From Patescibacteria group bacterium (lineage in GTDB: Bacteria > Patescibacteriota > Dojkabacteria > GCA-002793355): a stretch of 64,000 bases of DNA. The notes below the pieces were generated by a model. It made no database searches. It had not been told where the DNA came from and saw only the letters and a program-made list of their open reading frames with translations. Location of the stretch: the NCBI GenBank assembly GCA_016860985.1, contig BOKM01000001.1, positions 920,040-984,039 on the forward strand, written 5' to 3'. This document shows, in pieces, positions 59,656 to 64,000 of the stretch. Each line of letters opens with the position of its first letter. Position 1 is the first letter of the stretch. A program made the translations under genes and the position numbers.

Positions 59656-60098
59656 ATTTTTCTTTTAAAGGAAAGTATAAATACGATAACAACTAACGCG
59701 ACACATGTGCCAATAAGTGTAGTTGGAAGTACACCAAACAGAAACGCATGTGGGAGAGTAAGATAGTAACGTGCAATTGCTTCTCCAACGATATAGATAA
59801 TTGAAAATAGTGACCAAAAGATGAGTGGTGTAATTCCTTTTGCCGTTACTTTCTGTGAAATCGTTATGAATGCAAAGAACAGTAAGGCATTTATGAGAGG
59901 GAGTAATCCTGCAGGTGATTCGAAAACAAGCGAGTAGATTAATACCACGAGAGTGCTTGTTGTCCCAATCGATAAGAGTTTATCCTGATTCAATAATGAT
60001 AATACCGCTAAGGTTAATACGAACAAATCAAGAAAAGGGAATAACGAGCGAATCAGTAACGATGCCATAATAATTAGAATTAGTGTACGTTGTTTCAT
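59652..60098 (-). CDS. mreD: MreD-like membrane protein
   Basis: Hydrophobic ORF between mreC and mrdA (positional call). Confidence 0.55.
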   Translation of the reverse strand: MKQRTLILIIMASLLIRSLFPFLDLFVLTLAVLSLLNQDKLLSIGTTSTLVVLIYSLVFESPAGLLPLINALLFFAFITISQKVTAKGITPLIFWSLFSIIYIVGEAIARYYLTLPHAFLFGVLPTTLIGTCVALVVIVFILSFKRKI

Positions 60099-60892
60099 TC
60101 CAACACTACCGTTACATAATTTATGGAATCAAGCGGGAGCAGTCCCTTTACGGTTGCTTTTCTTTCTGCACTGCCATCGTTCGCAGGGACTTTTGTTATG
60201 GTACCAAAAGAAAAGTAGTACGGGTAATCTTCTCTTCTTATTGAAACAACGTCGTGCAATTTCACTTGTTCAGTTGCAAGAAGGTCTGTCATTTCTATTG
60301 AGCTAATTTCTGTTTTAAGAATCCCAGAAATCTTGCTTTTGAGTATATAACCTACAAACTCCTGACCGGGAATGAGATAGGTAATACAAATTGACTCGTA
60401 GGGAGTAACTTCGGAGATATAACCGACATAGGAATTTCCAATAACAACTGGCATTCCGGTACGTATCCCCACACGAGAGCCTCGATTAAGTTTTATTTTT
60501 CCACGGATGTTCTCGGTATGAATGTCTAGTACCCTGGCGCGTTCTGAACGTTTATACTCTTTGTCTTTTTTTAGTGTGTCTAGTTCTTTGCCGAGGCTCT
60601 TGAATGATTCTATGTCTTGGGCATAGGATGTATTTGCAGTTTCGAGTTCAAGAATCCTTTGTTTTAGAGTAATATTTTCTTCGCTTAAGGTACTTCCATC
60701 AAATATATTTTGAAAGGAATGTAACGTCCCACTTTTAATTGTAAATGAAACGGTAGTAAGTGGATAGGCAATGTACGACCGAATTTGTTTGAACCAATAA
60801 AGCGCTCCGGTTAGGTCAAGAAGGAGCAATAGTGACGAAAAAAACAGAAGAACGAGTATTGGAGTTAGATCTTTACTTGTCGTCGGAGGCAT
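60095..60892 (-). CDS. mreC: Rod shape-determining protein MreC
   Basis: TM, coiled coil (EENITLK), LNRGS..GI..GMPV. Confidence 0.85.
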   Translation of the reverse strand: MPPTTSKDLTPILVLLFFSSLLLLLDLTGALYWFKQIRSYIAYPLTTVSFTIKSGTLHSFQNIFDGSTLSEENITLKQRILELETANTSYAQDIESFKSLGKELDTLKKDKEYKRSERARVLDIHTENIRGKIKLNRGSRVGIRTGMPVVIGNSYVGYISEVTPYESICITYLIPGQEFVGYILKSKISGILKTEISSIEMTDLLATEQVKLHDVVSIRREDYPYYFSFGTITKVPANDGSAERKATVKGLLPLDSINYVTVVLE

Positions 60893-60898
60893 AAGGAA

Positions 60899-61948
60899 TT
60901 ATAACAGGCTTTTCTCTGCTTCCTTTAGCTTTCTCAGTACATCGATATGCTTAAGTGCTTCCAGCGTTCCTAGCACTACGCTATACGAAGGATCGGCCGG
61001 CCGTTTAACTTTTATATGGAGGGCTTCTTCCCAGTACTTATCAAGACCTTCGAGTTTACCGCCCCCTCCTGTTAGTAGAATTCCTTGTGAATAGACATCG
61101 GATACAAGTTCAGGTGGTGCGTCTTCGATAGCTTGTTTGATTGCGTCAGTCATCGCTACAAGTGAAGGTGCAACTGCCTCTGCGACATCATTGCTTCCAA
61201 TTTCTATAGACCGTGGTAACCCTTTTACAATATCTCTTCCTTGCACTGCAACAAACTTTTCTTTTTTGAGTGGTATGGCCGAGCCTACAGTCATTTTGAT
61301 CTTTTCTGCAGAGCGCTTCCCAATCAAAATTCCATATCGGTCTTTAAGATAATCGACTATTTGTTCGTCCATTTCGTCCCCTGCAATCGGAATTGTTTTA
61401 TCGACCACAATACCTCCAAGCGAGATGATTGCGATATCAGTTGTTCCTCCGCCGATGTCTACAACTAAATTTCCAATTGGCTCATTTACTGGTATTCCCA
61501 CACCGATTGCTGCTGCCATCGGTTCTTCGATAACATACGCTTCTCTTGCACCTGCTGACTCTGCAGCATCGATTACTGCTTGTCTTTCAACTTCTGTGAT
61601 TGACGAAGGAACACCAATAACGACTCGTGGTCGCGGAACGGTTGAATATGTTGAATGTTCTTGGTGTACTTTAGCAATAAAGTACTTAAGCATTGCTAGG
61701 GTTGTATCAAAGTCGATAATGATTCCATCCTTTAAGGGGCGTAGCGCTATTACTGATGCCGGTGTTCTTCCAAGCATCTCTTTTGCCTCTTTACCAACGG
61801 CGAGTACTTCTCGCGTTGCTTTATTAATTGCAACTACAGAAGGTTCAAATAAAACTACTCCCTTACCTTTGATCCCAACGCGCGTATTCGCAGTACCTAG
61901 GTCAATACCGATATCAAACGTGAATAACTGAAAGAAAGATTCGAACAT
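60899..61948 (-). CDS. mreB: Rod shape-determining protein MreB
   Basis: GIDLGTAN, EEPMAAAIG, DIGGGTT, LTGGG. Confidence 0.97.
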   Translation of the reverse strand: MFESFFQLFTFDIGIDLGTANTRVGIKGKGVVLFEPSVVAINKATREVLAVGKEAKEMLGRTPASVIALRPLKDGIIIDFDTTLAMLKYFIAKVHQEHSTYSTVPRPRVVIGVPSSITEVERQAVIDAAESAGAREAYVIEEPMAAAIGVGIPVNEPIGNLVVDIGGGTTDIAIISLGGIVVDKTIPIAGDEMDEQIVDYLKDRYGILIGKRSAEKIKMTVGSAIPLKKEKFVAVQGRDIVKGLPRSIEIGSNDVAEAVAPSLVAMTDAIKQAIEDAPPELVSDVYSQGILLTGGGGKLEGLDKYWEEALHIKVKRPADPSYSVVLGTLEALKHIDVLRKLKEAEKSLL

Positions 61949-62015
61949 AATGAGATTATACAGTATGAACGATAAGTTTTTCTTAACGACTATTGATAAA
62001 CAGTGTTACCGAATT

Positions 62016-62276
62016 TTATGCAAGTTTGAGCCCTTTGAGTGCCTTTACATTCTTTTTGTTTAGGAATGTTGCCCCATCTTTAGTATATCTCTTGTAACAA
62101 GACATACACATTTTGACTTCTTTAACTGCACCAGTTACTGCAATCTTTACTGGTCGAATATTTGGTACCCAAGTTCGCTTTGTGCGTGGTGCCTTATATC
62201 GCCATGCTGAGTGTCGGTGAATGTGCGAATCACCGTGCGCTGTTTTTTTGTCACATACATCACATCGTAGTGCCAT
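62016..62276 (-). CDS. rpmB: 50S ribosomal protein L28
   Basis: CDVC..G, TKRTWVPNI, CMSC. Confidence 0.9.
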   Translation of the reverse strand: MALRCDVCDKKTAHGDSHIHRHSAWRYKAPRTKRTWVPNIRPVKIAVTGAVKEVKMCMSCYKRYTKDGATFLNKKNVKALKGLKLA

Positions 62277-62280
62277 ATTC

Positions 62281-62970
62281 TTAATCCATCAACTTAATAT
62301 CAAATGAAACTGATGGTCCCATGGTTGGAGCAAGGTAGGCCTTCTTAATGACATATTCTTTGCTCTTTCCAAGTAGTGACACCACCGCGGTAATCATTTC
62401 TTTAACGTTTGCTTCGATTTTTTCGTTTGCGTACGAAACTTTTCCTACTGCGACATGAATGCCACCTGCGGAGTCAGCCTTGTAAACAAGTTTACCTCTC
62501 TTAAATTCACCAACGACGGCTGCCATTTTATCTGGTGTAACAACGGTACCGTTCTTTGGGTTTGGCATAAGGCCTTTTGGACCAAGTGCTTTACCGTGAA
62601 CTGCAAGTTGTGCCATCATATCTGGTGTAGCAAGTAAGATGTCGAACTCGATTTTACCTGCTTTAATACTTTCCATAAGTTCATCGAATTTGTAGATGTC
62701 TGCACCAGATTCTTGCGCAGCTTTCTCAAGATGTGCGGGAACGGCTACAGCAATACGCGATGACTTACTTTCCATATAAGGGAGGCTTACGCTTCCTTTA
62801 ATCGATTTTGGATCTTTGTCTTTTGGCAAGATAGTAACAAGATGAAGTTCAAGTGTTCCATCGAATTTGCTGTAAGAAAGCTTTTTAACATTCTCAACTG
62901 CATCTTTCAAAGAAACAACTTTATCGAGTTGCTTTTCTGCTATTTTTTGATATTTCTTTCCTCTGTTCAT
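62281..62970 (-). CDS. rplA: 50S ribosomal protein L1
   Basis: KFD, ATPDMM, LGPKGLMPNPKNGT, TMGP. Confidence 0.96.
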   Translation of the reverse strand: MNRGKKYQKIAEKQLDKVVSLKDAVENVKKLSYSKFDGTLELHLVTILPKDKDPKSIKGSVSLPYMESKSSRIAVAVPAHLEKAAQESGADIYKFDELMESIKAGKIEFDILLATPDMMAQLAVHGKALGPKGLMPNPKNGTVVTPDKMAAVVGEFKRGKLVYKADSAGGIHVAVGKVSYANEKIEANVKEMITAVVSLLGKSKEYVIKKAYLAPTMGPSVSFDIKLMD

Positions 62971-62974
62971 ACGT

Positions 62975-63400
62975 TTAGTCAACAATCTTAACACCCATTT
63001 GACGTGCAGTTCCCATAACGGTATTCATTGCACTCTCAACCTTTGTTGTGTTGAGATCCTTCAATTTTTCTTCTGCAATTTCCTTTACTTGTGCTTTTGT
63101 TAATGTTCCAACTTGCTGCAAGTTTGGTTTTGCTGAACCCTTAGTGATTTTGGCCTTTTTTCTGATAAGATCCGAAACCGGTGGTGTTCGAAGTTCAATT
63201 GAAAAAGTTCTATCATCGTAAGTAGTTACGATTGCTGGAACTTGTACGTCACCCATTTGACGAGTTGCTTCGTTGAATTTGTCGCAGAACTCTTTAATGT
63301 TGACTTGCTTGGCGGACAAAGCCGGACCAAGTGGTGGTGCTGGCACTGCTTTTCCTGCAGCGATAATCACCTTGAATTGGCTTTTAATTTTTTTAGCCAT
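62975..63400 (-). CDS. rplK: 50S ribosomal protein L11
   Basis: AGKAVPAPPLGPAL, FCDKFN, GTARQMG; GGAGG SD. Confidence 0.97.
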   Translation of the reverse strand: MAKKIKSQFKVIIAAGKAVPAPPLGPALSAKQVNIKEFCDKFNEATRQMGDVQVPAIVTTYDDRTFSIELRTPPVSDLIRKKAKITKGSAKPNLQQVGTLTKAQVKEIAEEKLKDLNTTKVESAMNTVMGTARQMGVKIVD

Positions 63401-63420
63401 ACTAATCTCCTCCCTCTAAA

Positions 63421-63954
63421 CTAAAGCTTTTGAATTTGAGTTAAGTCGAGGTCAAACGGAGTCTCACGACCGAACATGGTAATGAGAACTTTCACTTTGC
63501 CTTTTGATTCATCAACCTCTGAAACTTTCCCGATAAAGTCTTTGAATGGTCCATCAACAATCTTGACGGCATCATTTACGCGAACAGACATCGCGTAAGA
63601 CTTAGTCTTCTTAGTTTCTTCAGGTTTTTGATCCATCATTCGTGCGACTTCTTCATCCGTAAGTGGGTATACTTCGGTTCCAATTCGGACGAACCCACGT
63701 ACTTCTTCGATGTTTGTTAGTAAAGATGCAGTTTGTTGATCGTATTTCATCTTTACAAGGAGGTAACCAGGAAGAAGTCTTTTCTTTTTAATCTCCTTTT
63801 TTCCTTCTTTAATAACAATTTTTGATTGCTTTGGGATACTGATTTCGGAGATAACATCCTTAGCATTTTGTGCAGCAATCATGGTTTTAATTTTCTCAGC
63901 GACAAAGTCTTCTTTGCCGGAGTGTACATTGAGCACATACCATTTGTGTTCCAT
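63421..63954 (-). CDS. nusG: Transcription factor NusG
   Basis: WYVL..SGKE, LPGY, KOW DGPFKDF.G, FGRETP. Confidence 0.97.
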   Translation of the reverse strand: MEHKWYVLNVHSGKEDFVAEKIKTMIAAQNAKDVISEISIPKQSKIVIKEGKKEIKKKRLLPGYLLVKMKYDQQTASLLTNIEEVRGFVRIGTEVYPLTDEEVARMMDQKPEETKKTKSYAMSVRVNDAVKIVDGPFKDFIGKVSEVDESKGKVKVLITMFGRETPFDLDLTQIQKL

Positions 63955-63961
63955 TTCGTCG

Positions 63962-64000
63962 CTAATTAAATAAAATCATGTTTCGCAGGTTACCAAACCC
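63962..64000 (-). CDS. secE: 3' end of probable SecE (partial)
   Basis: Open frame GFGNLRNMILFN* immediately upstream of nusG; positional call only. Confidence 0.45.
   Translation of the reverse strand, partial: GFGNLRNMILFN

Noticed and set aside
1-64000. CRISPR array, integrase, transposase or reverse transcriptase/DGR
   Set aside because: No regularly spaced short repeats or catalytic motifs were seen. The fibre-gene repeats differ at all bases, not only at adenines.
1-64000. Alternative genetic code (UGA read as Gly)
   Set aside because: Conserved genes are full length under code 11, and secA, mrdA and the M50 gene end at TGA.

Overview
Chromosomal segment of a small-genome bacterium using standard code 11. 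Gene content, divergence and order (rpmF-nusB-rnc-rpsP-KH; secE-nusG-rplK-rplA) suggest Patescibacteria/CPR, which is an inference. It carries housekeeping genes (uppP, murG, clpC, tsaBDE, recO, pyrD, secA, trmD, yhaM, a MurE-type ligase, mreBCD-mrdA, ribosomal proteins) and five tRNA genes without encoded CCA. It also holds large cell-surface proteins (a 1498-aa repeat fibre, a WxL/DUF916-like pair, an Ig-M23 protein), resistance-like genes (ABC-F, Erm-like, pentapeptide, two MFS) and a patch of accessory single genes. No CRISPR array, integrase, transposase or reverse transcriptase was seen. The most notable signals are: (1) a 180-bp non-coding, highly structured element that duplicates the 3' 18 nt of tRNA-Thr(UGU); (2) pervasive leaderless architecture, with a -10 box 5-7 nt before the start codon, including a palindromic bidirectional uppP/murG promoter; (3) a MurC-like/MurE chimeric ligase; (4) an in-frame WxL-like/DUF916-like pair whose second gene lacks a signal peptide; (5) orphan proteins with cryptic Cys-His-Asp or kinase-like motifs. 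All family assignments are from motif recognition by eye, not database searches.
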